This document shows positions 1-8,123 of a DNA stretch of 32,332 nucleotides, piece after piece. The stretch is taken from IMG/VR virus record IMGVR_UViG_3300032305_001548, positions 1 through 32,332 of that record. One strand, given 5' to 3'. Each line of letters starts with the position of its first letter. Within the stretch, counting starts at the first letter, position 1. A model generated the notes under the pieces. That model was not told the DNA's origin. It saw only the letters and a list, made by a program, of their open reading frames with translations, and did no database searches. This stretch comes from a virus (Duplodnaviria; Caudoviricetes). The translations under genes were made by a program, and so were the position numbers.

Positions 1-14
1 AGGAGCCTGCGACG
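1..14 (+). repeat. Terminal direct repeat / probable cohesive end (cos), left copy
   Basis: AGGAGCCTGCGACG at 1-14 is identical to 32319-32332 and lies ~120 bp upstream of the small terminase gene. Confidence 0.8.
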
Positions 15-77
15 GGCAGGAAATGGCCCATAATTTTTTGCGAATGGTCGGGATAAACAACTATCAGCCCCAACCTT

Positions 78-88
78 GTCTCAATAAG
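78..88. promoter_or_regulatory. 11-bp inverted repeat arm flanking cos (candidate terminase-binding site)
   Basis: GTCTCAATAAG (78-88) is the exact reverse complement of CTTATTGAGAC (32274-32284). Confidence 0.45.
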
Positions 89-131
89 CCCTTTTGATAA
101 TGCGACTCGCAAAAGCCTTAACTGATGCCCA

Positions 132-671
132 ATGGCCCTGACCCAAATCCAATTAGCAAACGCGCTGGACTCAAATCCAGCGAGCGTGTCCATCTGGAAA
201 AGCCGGGGGATGCCGGTGGACTCGGTGGACGCGGCCAAGACGTGGGTAGCGGCCAACGTCCGCCGAAACAAAGGGGCAAGAATAAGCGGCCTGGTGGCCT
301 CGGAAAACCTAGCAATGGGGGCAAGGCCAAGGCTGGACCGCGCAGCCGAGGGGGAGATCCGACACTACGAGCTATGGAAAGCGGCAGCGAACAGCCAGGA
401 CATGAACAGCCGATCAGTGGCCGAGCTGGCGGGGGCATGGCGCGACAGTCGGAAGGCGGCAGCTCAGGCCGAGCAGGAGCTGGCAGCATTTCTGGCGATG
501 AAGAACGCAACGCTCAACAAGCAAGAGACGGTGGCGGCGATTCGTTCTCTAGTCTCGGCACTGAGGCAGGATTTCTCGACGTTCCCTTGGGGCCGGCAGG
601 CCACGGAGTTGATGAAGAAGCATCTGGGGACATTGCCCAGCTCCTTGAGCGAGGCGACCGCCACGGCCTAG
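132..671 (+). CDS. terS: Terminase small subunit (Nu1-like)
   Basis: N-terminal winged HTH 'LTQIQLANALDSNPASVSIWKSRGMP' followed by helical/coiled-coil region; directly precedes TerL. Confidence 0.8.
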   Translation: MALTQIQLANALDSNPASVSIWKSRGMPVDSVDAAKTWVAANVRRNKGARISGLVASENLAMGARPRLDRAAEGEIRHYELWKAAANSQDMNSRSVAELAGAWRDSRKAAAQAEQELAAFLAMKNATLNKQETVAAIRSLVSALRQDFSTFPWGRQATELMKKHLGTLPSSLSEATATA

Positions 672-724
672 ACTTTGCCTGGGGTGAGGCAAGGGCCGTT
701 ACCCTTGAGCCTCGCAAGCTCGGG

Positions 725-2368
725 GTGGTCGAGTGGGCCGAGGGCAATCTCAAGCTGTCTGAGCGCATCACCAACAAGCCCGGCAGCTACCTCACGACTC
801 GCACGCCTTATGTGCGCGAGGTGCTGGAATGCTTTGCTGATGACCGAGTGCGCCGGCTGGCCTTGGTCTGGGGGGCACAAACAAGCAAGACCACGGCAAT
901 CATAATTGGGATGGCCTACAAGTTGGACAATGACCCCGCGCCCTGTCTTTGGGTCATGCCGTCCACGCACTTGGCCAGATCATTCTCTGAAACGCGGTGG
1001 ATGCCGCTTATCGACCAGAACCCAACGCTGGCCCGACACAAAGAACCCGACCCTGACAAATACCGATTGCTTGAGCAGCACTTTGACCGAATGAGCGTCT
1101 GGTTCACAGGCAGCAACTCGCCCGCCTCGCTTTCCTCTCGCTCGATTGCCGCCCTGTGCATGGACGAGTTAGACAAGTTCCCTGCCAAGGGCGGCAAAGA
1201 ATCAGCGCCGTTGCAGTTGGCCGAGGCCCGCGTGGCCACCTATCCGCAGCACATCATCATCACAACCTCGACCCCGACCTATGAGGATGGCGCAATTTGG
1301 GAGGAATGGCTCAAGGGCGACCAAAGGAAATACTTTGTGCCGTGCGCCGGCTGCGGCGAGGCGTTTGTCATGGAGTGGGAGACAATCAAATGGTCACAGG
1401 AGGCCAAACAAGATTCCGCGTGGAACATGGAGCTTGTCGCGGAGTCGGCGCGATGCCATTGCCCAGCCTGCAACCACGCGCACACCGAGGCCGACAAGGC
1501 GCAGATGTTAGAGCGCGGCGAGTGGCGGGCAACCGACCTTGCCGCCGAGCCAGGGCGCAGAAGCTACCACCTTTCGTCACTCTACGCGCCGTGGCGCAAG
1601 TGGTCGGATCTGGCCGTTAAATTTCTTCAAGACCGCGAAACGCCTGGCGGGTTGCAGGACTTCTTCAACCGTGAGCTGGCCCTGCCTTGGAAAGCCGCTG
1701 GCTCCCTTATCACCACCGCCATGATCCGAGAGCGGGTGGATGCCTCGCCTCGATACACCATCGGAGAGCCGCCCGAGGGCAAGATGTTGGGCCGCATCAT
1801 GTCCGTGGACGTGCAACAGACTGAGCTGTGGTGGATCATCCGCGAGTTGCACCAGAATGGCAGCAGCTACTTGGTTGATTACGGCGCAGCGATTGGCTGG
1901 GACTTGATCATGGAAAAGTTTCGTCACTACAAATGCTTTAAGGGGGTAGTAGATTCGGGCTACGCCGCCAAGACGCCAGCAGGGGTTTACGATTTTGTCG
2001 CCCGCTCGGGTGGCCTCTTCTGCGCGGCCAAAGGGCGCACGGTTAGCCAGGGACTGCGGGAGCCGTGGAAGTTCCAGCAAATCTTGGGCGCGGGACACAA
2101 TATCTGGATGCTCCAATTTGACGCCGAGTTTTGGCAGGCACGGCTTTACCATGACGTTCTCCGCGACGGGCGCGGCAAGTGGTATCTGCCGCGAGACATT
2201 GCCAAGGACTATGTGACACAGTTGCAGGGAGAGGCGCTGGTCGAGAAAGAGGGCGTGGCCAAGTGGACTCGCTTGGGCGAAAACCATTTGGCTGACTGCG
2301 AAAAGATGGGGCTTGTCTTGATCGACAGCATCATGTCGCAGTATTCGGCGGCACAGCCCGCCTCTTGA
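725..2368 (+). CDS. terL: Terminase large subunit, lambda GpA family (start uncertain: frame open from 125; TTG 587 or GTG 725)
   Basis: VVEWAE, RTPYVRE, Walker A WGAQTSKT, Walker B CMDELD, TSTPT coupling motif, GDQRKYFVPCAGC, CPAC, SYHLSSLYAPW, nuclease SVDVQ / VDSG / NHLADC. Confidence 0.95.
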   Translation: MVEWAEGNLKLSERITNKPGSYLTTRTPYVREVLECFADDRVRRLALVWGAQTSKTTAIIIGMAYKLDNDPAPCLWVMPSTHLARSFSETRWMPLIDQNPTLARHKEPDPDKYRLLEQHFDRMSVWFTGSNSPASLSSRSIAALCMDELDKFPAKGGKESAPLQLAEARVATYPQHIIITTSTPTYEDGAIWEEWLKGDQRKYFVPCAGCGEAFVMEWETIKWSQEAKQDSAWNMELVAESARCHCPACNHAHTEADKAQMLERGEWRATDLAAEPGRRSYHLSSLYAPWRKWSDLAVKFLQDRETPGGLQDFFNRELALPWKAAGSLITTAMIRERVDASPRYTIGEPPEGKMLGRIMSVDVQQTELWWIIRELHQNGSSYLVDYGAAIGWDLIMEKFRHYKCFKGVVDSGYAAKTPAGVYDFVARSGGLFCAAKGRTVSQGLREPWKFQQILGAGHNIWMLQFDAEFWQARLYHDVLRDGRGKWYLPRDIAKDYVTQLQGEALVEKEGVAKWTRLGENHLADCEKMGLVLIDSIMSQYSAAQPAS

Positions 2369-2370
2369 CA
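2365..2370 (+). promoter_or_regulatory. TTGACA late-gene motif, 14 nt before GTG 2385
   Basis: Recurrent motif; contains the terL TGA stop. Confidence 0.65.
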
Positions 2371-2384
2371 CAGCCCTCTTGAGC

Positions 2385-2648
2385 GTGACGGACGCCGCCA
2401 TTTTATCCGAAGTCTTCAGTGCCTCGGAACTCGCCCAGCTCAAAGCCTCCTGCAAGGCGCAGATCCTGTCTGGCGGGGCCAGCCAGGCATTTGTGGTTAG
2501 CTCCAGCGTTGGCGGGCGCAGCGTGACTCTCCAGCAAACCTATTCCTGTTGGGACATGCTTGGCCTAATTGAAACAGCCTTGGCCATCAACGCCGGCACA
2601 ATCGGCAACTCCCGCGTGACGCAAATGCGCTTCCCAAATAGAACATGA
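2385..2648 (+). CDS. Head-tail joining protein, gpW-like
   Basis: Small helix-hairpin-helix protein ('SSSVGGRSVT') between TerL and a lambda-type portal. Confidence 0.6.
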   Translation: MTDAAILSEVFSASELAQLKASCKAQILSGGASQAFVVSSSVGGRSVTLQQTYSCWDMLGLIETALAINAGTIGNSRVTQMRFPNRT

Positions 2649-4165
2649 AGACCAAATTTGTTGACCGCGTTGCCGCCGCCTTTGGTTTCTCGCGCATGAT
2701 TGAGGCCGTCAATCACCGCAGCGAAGAGCGCGGCTGGGTTTACGCGCAGGCGCAGGACTCCAAAGTTGACCTTTCCTCCTATGACCGCACCCGCCTGATG
2801 GCATTATCGCGCAAGTGTTTCTACAACAACGCGATAGTCAGGGGCGCGGTGCGTGATAAAGCAATGTATTCCGTGGGCAGCGGCATCGGCATCCGTCCGC
2901 AAGCCATGTCGGGCGACCAGGCGTGGGATGATGCCGCCGAGGCTTGGTGGGAAAATTGGGCGCGCTCGCCTGAAATCAGTGGGCGGCACGATATGCGTTC
3001 CCTCCAGATGCTTGTTTCGGAGGCTATTGACCGCGACGGGGAAATCTTTGCGGTGCTGACCGCCAAGAGCGATGGCGCTCCAGCCGTGCAGATCGTGGAG
3101 AGCCACCGCATTGAGTCGCCCGACACGGCGGCGGGCAACGCTGGGGTGGTGGATGGCGTGAAGCTCGACAAGTTCCAGCGTCCGCTGGGCTATTTCATCG
3201 GGGAAGGGGACGAATACCCGCGCAGACACCGCGAGGTAAAAGCGGACGTAATGCTTCACGTCTACGAGCCCGAACGCTCAGACCAGGTGCGCGGCTATCC
3301 TGCCATCGGCGTGGCGCTCAACAGTGTTTTGGACCGCGACGAGTTGCTGCGTTTTGAGATGATGGCGGCCAAGGCCGGCAGCAGCATCGGCCTCGTCATC
3401 AAAAACGCCACGGGGAACATCGGCGCGGAAGGATTCCTCGGAGATTTTAGCAAAGATAGTAGCGGCAACCTAACCCGCGAAACCATTTTCGGCGGAGGGT
3501 TAGTGCCGCGCATGAAGTCTACGGAGGACATCCAAAGTTTTGTGATGAACCGCCCGAATGAGAAGCTCGACAAGCACCTAGAGCAATACATCCGCGCAGC
3601 GGCCATTGGCCTTGGTCTGCCTTACGAGTTTGTCTGGGACACAAGCGCGATTGGTGGCGTGGCGCAGCGGTTCATTATCCAAAAGGCAGCAAGATGCTTT
3701 GCCGCCCGCCAGGACGTGCTGGTCAATTCCTTCCTGTCGAAACTCTGGCGCTACGCCATCGCTCGGGCCATCTCTCGCCGCGAGTTGCCAATGGTCGCCG
3801 GCTGGCAGCAAGTCGGATGGCAGACCCCGCGCTCGATCACGGTAGACGTGGGCCGCGAAGCCACCGCCCGCCGGGATGACGTGAAGGCGGGGCTAATGAC
3901 CCTTTCGGATTACTTTGGCGAGCAGGGCATTGATTGGAAAGAAGCCGTGGCCGAGATTGCTGCCGAGCGCGAGTTTGCCGCCGACCTTGGCGTAACGATC
4001 GGCGTGGAGCAGGCGCAGCCGCAGCCGCTCTTAATTGAAGAGCCGCAAGCGCCCGCAGTGGCCGCTCCACAGTTAGAGGCTAAGCAAAAACCAACCGAAC
4101 TTGCCTTGCCGAAAAAGCGCAAACGCCTTTACCGCCGCAAGAAGACCGAGAAGCCCACCCCTTGA
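2645..4165 (+). CDS. Portal protein, lambda gpB family
   Basis: SRKCFYNNAIVRG, DRDGEIF, DGVKLDKFQRPLGY, HVYEPERSDQVRGYP, GLGLPYE, VDVGRE motifs; position. Confidence 0.93.
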   Translation: MKTKFVDRVAAAFGFSRMIEAVNHRSEERGWVYAQAQDSKVDLSSYDRTRLMALSRKCFYNNAIVRGAVRDKAMYSVGSGIGIRPQAMSGDQAWDDAAEAWWENWARSPEISGRHDMRSLQMLVSEAIDRDGEIFAVLTAKSDGAPAVQIVESHRIESPDTAAGNAGVVDGVKLDKFQRPLGYFIGEGDEYPRRHREVKADVMLHVYEPERSDQVRGYPAIGVALNSVLDRDELLRFEMMAAKAGSSIGLVIKNATGNIGAEGFLGDFSKDSSGNLTRETIFGGGLVPRMKSTEDIQSFVMNRPNEKLDKHLEQYIRAAAIGLGLPYEFVWDTSAIGGVAQRFIIQKAARCFAARQDVLVNSFLSKLWRYAIARAISRRELPMVAGWQQVGWQTPRSITVDVGREATARRDDVKAGLMTLSDYFGEQGIDWKEAVAEIAAEREFAADLGVTIGVEQAQPQPLLIEEPQAPAVAAPQLEAKQKPTELALPKKRKRLYRRKKTEKPTP

Positions 4166-4167
4166 CA
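4162..4167 (+). promoter_or_regulatory. TTGACA late-gene motif, 15 nt before ATG 4183
   Basis: Recurrent motif; contains the portal TGA stop. Confidence 0.65.
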
Positions 4168-4182
4168 TGAGGGCAAGCGAGT

Positions 4183-5013
4183 ATGGACTCGCTCAAATTT
4201 GAAGGCATCAGTGTGGCAACGGTTGGCCCTGCACTTGGTCACGCCATGATGGTTGATGACGTAACGCTGTTGCAGGCCGAAGAGGCCGGCAAGGTGGGCA
4301 GTCCCGTCAAAGTGTTTGTTGACCACGACGAGTCGATTGATTCCCTCATCGGCTTCCTGGCCAACTTCCGCATTGTTGAAGACCAACTGCGCGCAGACCT
4401 AGAGCTGCTCGGCTCTCATCCCCAGGCAGCTTTTTACATGGAGATCTTGAACAAAGCGCCGAACCGCGTTGGTTTTTCCATGACGTTTAGCGGTCAGCCC
4501 GAAGAGCAAAACGGCCAGCGTTTCGCCAGGGTGGCCGAGCTGGTCAGCGTGGATCTGGTCAGCCGCCCGGCAGCCAACCCTGACGGTGTATTCCGCGCAG
4601 GATCAGAGCCCGAGGCCGCGCCCAAAGTTGACACTGCGCTAGACGATATGCCTATGCATCCTGAGAAAAAAACAGAAGATTTCAACGCTCAAGCAGCGTT
4701 TGAAGCCCTGGCCGCTACCGTGGCCGAACTCAAAGCAACCGTGGAAGCCATGCAGCCCGAGGAAAAAAAGGAGGACGAGGTTCCTGCTAATTCCGAGATG
4801 TCTGACAAGCTCGACGCGGCCCTCAACAAGCTCTCGGCCCTTGAGGTTGAACTCGCCGCTCGCGGCGACAACGCCATCACCGGCAACGGTTCTGCCGTTT
4901 CCGTCGAAGACGCTTACGCTTCCGGCGACCGCGCCACAAAATTTGAAATCGTTCGCAAGGCTCTTGAAGCCCGCGACTTTTCCCTCATCAGCAAACTCAA
5001 ATCCAACAAGTAA
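4183..5013 (+). CDS. Prohead protease (assemblin/HK97/Mu-like fold) with C-terminal scaffold region
   Basis: VFVDH (His), VGFS (Ser), SVDLVSRPAANPDG; acidic coiled-coil C-terminal half; between portal and capsid. Confidence 0.75.
   Translation: MDSLKFEGISVATVGPALGHAMMVDDVTLLQAEEAGKVGSPVKVFVDHDESIDSLIGFLANFRIVEDQLRADLELLGSHPQAAFYMEILNKAPNRVGFSMTFSGQPEEQNGQRFARVAELVSVDLVSRPAANPDGVFRAGSEPEAAPKVDTALDDMPMHPEKKTEDFNAQAAFEALAATVAELKATVEAMQPEEKKEDEVPANSEMSDKLDAALNKLSALEVELAARGDNAITGNGSAVSVEDAYASGDRATKFEIVRKALEARDFSLISKLKSNK
4628..4633 (+). promoter_or_regulatory. TTGACA motif inside the protease gene, 14 nt before in-frame ATG 4648
   Basis: GTTGACACTGCGCTAGACGATATG. Confidence 0.6.
4648..5013 (+). 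CDS. Nested in-frame scaffold protein (internal start M156 of protease gene)
   Basis: In-frame ATG at the protease/coiled-coil boundary with its own TTGACA-N14 motif; analogous to lambda C/Nu3. Confidence 0.55.
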   Translation: MPMHPEKKTEDFNAQAAFEALAATVAELKATVEAMQPEEKKEDEVPANSEMSDKLDAALNKLSALEVELAARGDNAITGNGSAVSVEDAYASGDRATKFEIVRKALEARDFSLISKLKSNK

Positions 5014-5025
5014 CTACCTAAAAAT

Positions 5026-5940
5026 ATGGCCTCTATCACAGGACTCAACGACGACATCATAAGTTCAGCGGCGCTCAAATCGTTCGTTGACTCTCTACAT
5101 CCCCTGTCTGCTTTTTCTGTTAACTATAACGCCGAAGCAGCGCGCAAGGGCGAAGTGGTGAGCATCCCGCTCATCTCCTCAATCACCGCCTCGACCTTCA
5201 ACAACACCTACGAAGGTGCTGACGGAGACGTGACCCTCACGGCCCGCGAAGTCACCATCGACAAGCACTTCCTGTCCACGGTTGATTTCACGGACACCCA
5301 GTGGAGCAAGTCCTCGGCCCTCACCCCTCAGATGCTGGCCGATATCGGTGCAGAGCAGGGCCGTGCGGTTGCCCAGGCGTTCATCAGCTCCGTCTGGAGC
5401 ATGATCACCACGGCCAACTACGGCGCGGCGGTTGCTAGCTTCACCTCGGCCTCCTTCAGCATGGCGGAAGTCCGCAAGGCTCGTTTGGAGCTGACCAAGG
5501 CGAAAGCCCCGCAGAATGACCGCTCGCTCTTCTTGGAGCCCGAGGCCTACGACGCGCTGCTGTCCGACAGCACCAACATCCTCGCCAACCTCAACTTCGG
5601 CAGCGAAGGCGTGCGCGAAGGTGTGGTTCGCCGTTTGGCCGGCTTGAACGTCTACGAGTCGACGCTGATCCCTGCGACCAACGTCGGGACCAGCATCACT
5701 CTAGCCGCTTTCGCGGTGCATCCCTCGGCCATTGCCGTGGCGATCCGCACCCTTCAGCCGCAGGCCCCGTCAGAGTATCTTGAGGCCCGCACCATCGTTG
5801 ATCCTGTCAGCGGCATTGGGCTCGGATACCGCCGTCATTATAATACGGCAAATGGCACTCACTTCTTGAATTTTGAGGTAGTCGGAGGCTACACCTACGG
5901 TGTGACCGCTGGCCTTAAGATCTTGGCCAAGAAGGCCTAA
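5026..5940 (+). CDS. Major capsid protein (HK97 fold)
   Basis: 304 aa after protease; KGEVVSIP, EVTIDKH, APQNDRSLFLEPEAYDALL, EGVVRRLAGLNVYES, VHPSAIAVAIR; followed by a strong terminator. Confidence 0.88.
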   Translation: MASITGLNDDIISSAALKSFVDSLHPLSAFSVNYNAEAARKGEVVSIPLISSITASTFNNTYEGADGDVTLTAREVTIDKHFLSTVDFTDTQWSKSSALTPQMLADIGAEQGRAVAQAFISSVWSMITTANYGAAVASFTSASFSMAEVRKARLELTKAKAPQNDRSLFLEPEAYDALLSDSTNILANLNFGSEGVREGVVRRLAGLNVYESTLIPATNVGTSITLAAFAVHPSAIAVAIRTLQPQAPSEYLEARTIVDPVSGIGLGYRRHYNTANGTHFLNFEVVGGYTYGVTAGLKILAKKA

Positions 5941-5968
5941 TTACTGGTCTGGTTGTGTGTTCCGCGAG

Positions 5969-5997
5969 CCCCCGGCAATAGCCGGGGGTTTTGCTTT
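5969..5997 (+). terminator. Rho-independent terminator
   Basis: CCCCCGGC-AATA-GCCGGGGG stem-loop followed by TTTTGCTTT. Confidence 0.9.
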
Positions 5998-6005
5998 GGG
6001 ATTGG

Positions 6006-6011
6006 TTGACA
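6006..6011 (+). promoter_or_regulatory. TTGACA motif, 16 nt before ATG 6028
   Basis: Intergenic, immediately after the terminator. Confidence 0.65.
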
Positions 6012-6027
6012 AGCGCGCCGTGCGCGA

Positions 6028-7779
6028 ATGACCACACAACATTCTTTGGCGTTGGTCGCTATTACGGGCAATAGCGAGTCGTACATCGGGCGTTTTATTG
6101 AGAGCTTTTTGAAGCTCACGCCTCACATCTACATCGTGCGGGCCTGCGGGGCCAGGGAACCAGACCGCTCCCTAGACATTGCCCGAGAAATGGGCTGCAA
6201 GGTGGGCGAATATAAAAACGCCGAGGCCTTTCAGTTTTGGGACCATGTGGACAACTTTGCCAACGCTCGGAAAATGGCCACCGACATGGCGGAGGCAGAT
6301 GGCCACCAGTGGTTAATGTGGGCCGATACGGACGATATTATCGAGCAGGAGTCCTGCGACATTATCCGCCAGCACCTTTCCGAGACGGCCACCACGACCA
6401 CGTTGGCCATGATTCCCTACCGTCTGACCAACAACGGACTCAACCTCCTGCGCGAACGCATCTGGAAGGCCGGCACGGCACGCTGGGAGGGGGCAGTCCA
6501 CGAACATCTTGAGCCATTTGACAAGTCAGGCGGCGGCCAAGTCCGTTGGGAGGACGCCCGCATCGTCCACGCTCCTGACGAAAAGAAAGACGCCGCCGCC
6601 GAAAAGCAAGGCAACAGCCGCAACTGGCGCATCCTGTCTAGCCAGCCTGGCTGGGAGAAAGACCCACGCTGGCTTTTCTATGGCAGCCTTGAGCATTTTG
6701 GCATGAAGGACGATGCCCGAGGCATGGAGCTGGCCATTGAGGCGCTGAAACATGAGACGCTTTCTGGCGATGAACGCTACGAGCTTTATTTGCAACTTGC
6801 CATGAGAACGCAGGCTTTTGCGCCAAAGAAATCCCTGCTGCATGAAGCCTACAAGGTCAGCCCTTGGCGCAGGGAAGCCCTAGCGCAGCTTGCCGCCACC
6901 AGCCTAGACAACGACGAGGCGCAAGACGCCTTGGCTTATGCCAGGGCTTTTATGGCCCTGCCCGTCCCTGAGATCGTTCCTTGGACCCACCGCCCAGTGG
7001 TCTATGGATTCGGAGGCGTTGGCCTCTATGCCTGCACCCTGCGCGCCAACGGCGACACCAAGCGCGCCGACCAGTTTGAATTGGATTGGTTCAAAAAGTG
7101 TGGTGGCAAAATAAGCGTTTGCCATCCTACTCGGGGGCGTCCGCTACAAGCCGCCGAGACTCGCAAGAAGTGGCTAGAGGCCGCCAAAGACCCGCAGTCC
7201 GTGGAATACATCTTTGGGTTTGCCGAGGACGATGACGAGACGCGGGACATCTTGGGGCGCTTCAAACACGCGCTATCTCCCGCCGGCCTCATGGATCAAG
7301 TCGGCGGCAATGCTGTCGCAAACTACAACGCAGCGGTAAAGGCGTCCACGGGTCAGATCATCGTGACCGCTCAGGATGACATCGAGCCGCCGCTCTTTTG
7401 GGACGAGCTGGTCTGGCAGGCGCTGGAGCCGCACCTCAAGCGGCCCAAGGTTTTGGGCATCAAAGACGGCCACCGCAACGACGGCCTCATGGTCACTTTC
7501 ATTTGCACGCGGCCAACCCTCGGCTGGCTCGGCAACGGTGGCGGCATTCTTTCTGGCGACTACCACGGGATTTATTCCGACACCGAATTCTCCCACCGCG
7601 TCCGCAAGGCCGGCATTGTCTTGGACACTGACATTGTGTTTCTGCACAACCACCCAGCCTTTGATCCCAAGGTTCCATCAGACGCCATCTACGATGTTGA
7701 GAACAGCAATGAGGCTTACAAATTCGGGGCAGAAGTGTTTAAGCGCAGGAACCCTGAGGCCTTTGACTCCAAGCCATAG
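6028..7779 (+). CDS. Two-domain glycosyltransferase: GT2 (SunS-like) - TPR - GT-A
   Basis: N-domain NFANARK, MWADTDD (DxD), RERIW, WEGAVHE; TPR-like helices (SPWRREALAQLA); C-domain SVCHPTRGRP, AVANYNAA, TAQDDIEPP, YSDTEF, HNHP. Confidence 0.85.
   Translation: MTTQHSLALVAITGNSESYIGRFIESFLKLTPHIYIVRACGAREPDRSLDIAREMGCKVGEYKNAEAFQFWDHVDNFANARKMATDMAEADGHQWLMWADTDDIIEQESCDIIRQHLSETATTTTLAMIPYRLTNNGLNLLRERIWKAGTARWEGAVHEHLEPFDKSGGGQVRWEDARIVHAPDEKKDAAAEKQGNSRNWRILSSQPGWEKDPRWLFYGSLEHFGMKDDARGMELAIEALKHETLSGDERYELYLQLAMRTQAFAPKKSLLHEAYKVSPWRREALAQLAATSLDNDEAQDALAYARAFMALPVPEIVPWTHRPVVYGFGGVGLYACTLRANGDTKRADQFELDWFKKCGGKISVCHPTRGRPLQAAETRKKWLEAAKDPQSVEYIFGFAEDDDETRDILGRFKHALSPAGLMDQVGGNAVANYNAAVKASTGQIIVTAQDDIEPPLFWDELVWQALEPHLKRPKVLGIKDGHRNDGLMVTFICTRPTLGWLGNGGGILSGDYHGIYSDTEFSHRVRKAGIVLDTDIVFLHNHPAFDPKVPSDAIYDVENSNEAYKFGAEVFKRRNPEAFDSKP
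7763..7768 (+). promoter_or_regulatory. TTGACT variant motif, 14 nt before ATG 7783
   Basis: One mismatch to the recurrent motif, same spacing. Confidence 0.5.
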
Positions 7780-7782
7780 AGC

Positions 7783-8115
7783 ATGGCCACCCAACTAGAT
7801 ACGGCGCACGTCCTTGGCATTAGCGCAATCACTGACCTTGGTGGCGAGGTGGTCACGATTGGCGATATTGCCTACCGCGCCATAGTCGGCAGTCTCGATG
7901 AGCGCGACGAGTTAGCCGAGGGCGGCGTGCGGCAGATCCGCAGCGTGCAACTGGGCCTGCCTGCCAGCGCATTCCTGCCGAGCTTCGGCAGCGTAACCAA
8001 TGCCGTGCCGACCATTTGGAGCCGCATCACGGTGCGTGACCAGGAGCTGCAAGTGCTTTCCGTGAACCGCGACCCTGCCGTAGTTGAGATCACCGCCGGC
8101 GGGCTGGCAGAGTAG
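7783..8115 (+). CDS. Head-tail joining / head closure protein
   Basis: 110 aa beta-rich (GEVVTIG, LAEGG, ITVRDQELQVLSV); position. Confidence 0.6.
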   Translation: MATQLDTAHVLGISAITDLGGEVVTIGDIAYRAIVGSLDERDELAEGGVRQIRSVQLGLPASAFLPSFGSVTNAVPTIWSRITVRDQELQVLSVNRDPAVVEITAGGLAE

Positions 8116-8123
8116 GGGGCTGC

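Noticed and set aside
125-586. N-terminal ~150 aa of the 747-aa ORF as a real TerL extension
   Set aside because: Gly/Arg/Ser-rich shadow-frame composition overlapping terS; no terminase motifs
1577-2455. Long antisense ORFs (also 11793-12410, 28222-29016)
   Set aside because: Shadows of well-supported + strand genes in GC-rich DNA, with no motifs
4105-4165. NLS-like KKRKRLYRRKK tail on the portal
   Set aside because: Basic low-complexity tails are common on phage proteins; no other sign of a eukaryotic host
6518-6523. TTGACA inside the first GT gene
   Set aside because: No start codon 14-19 nt downstream; likely chance
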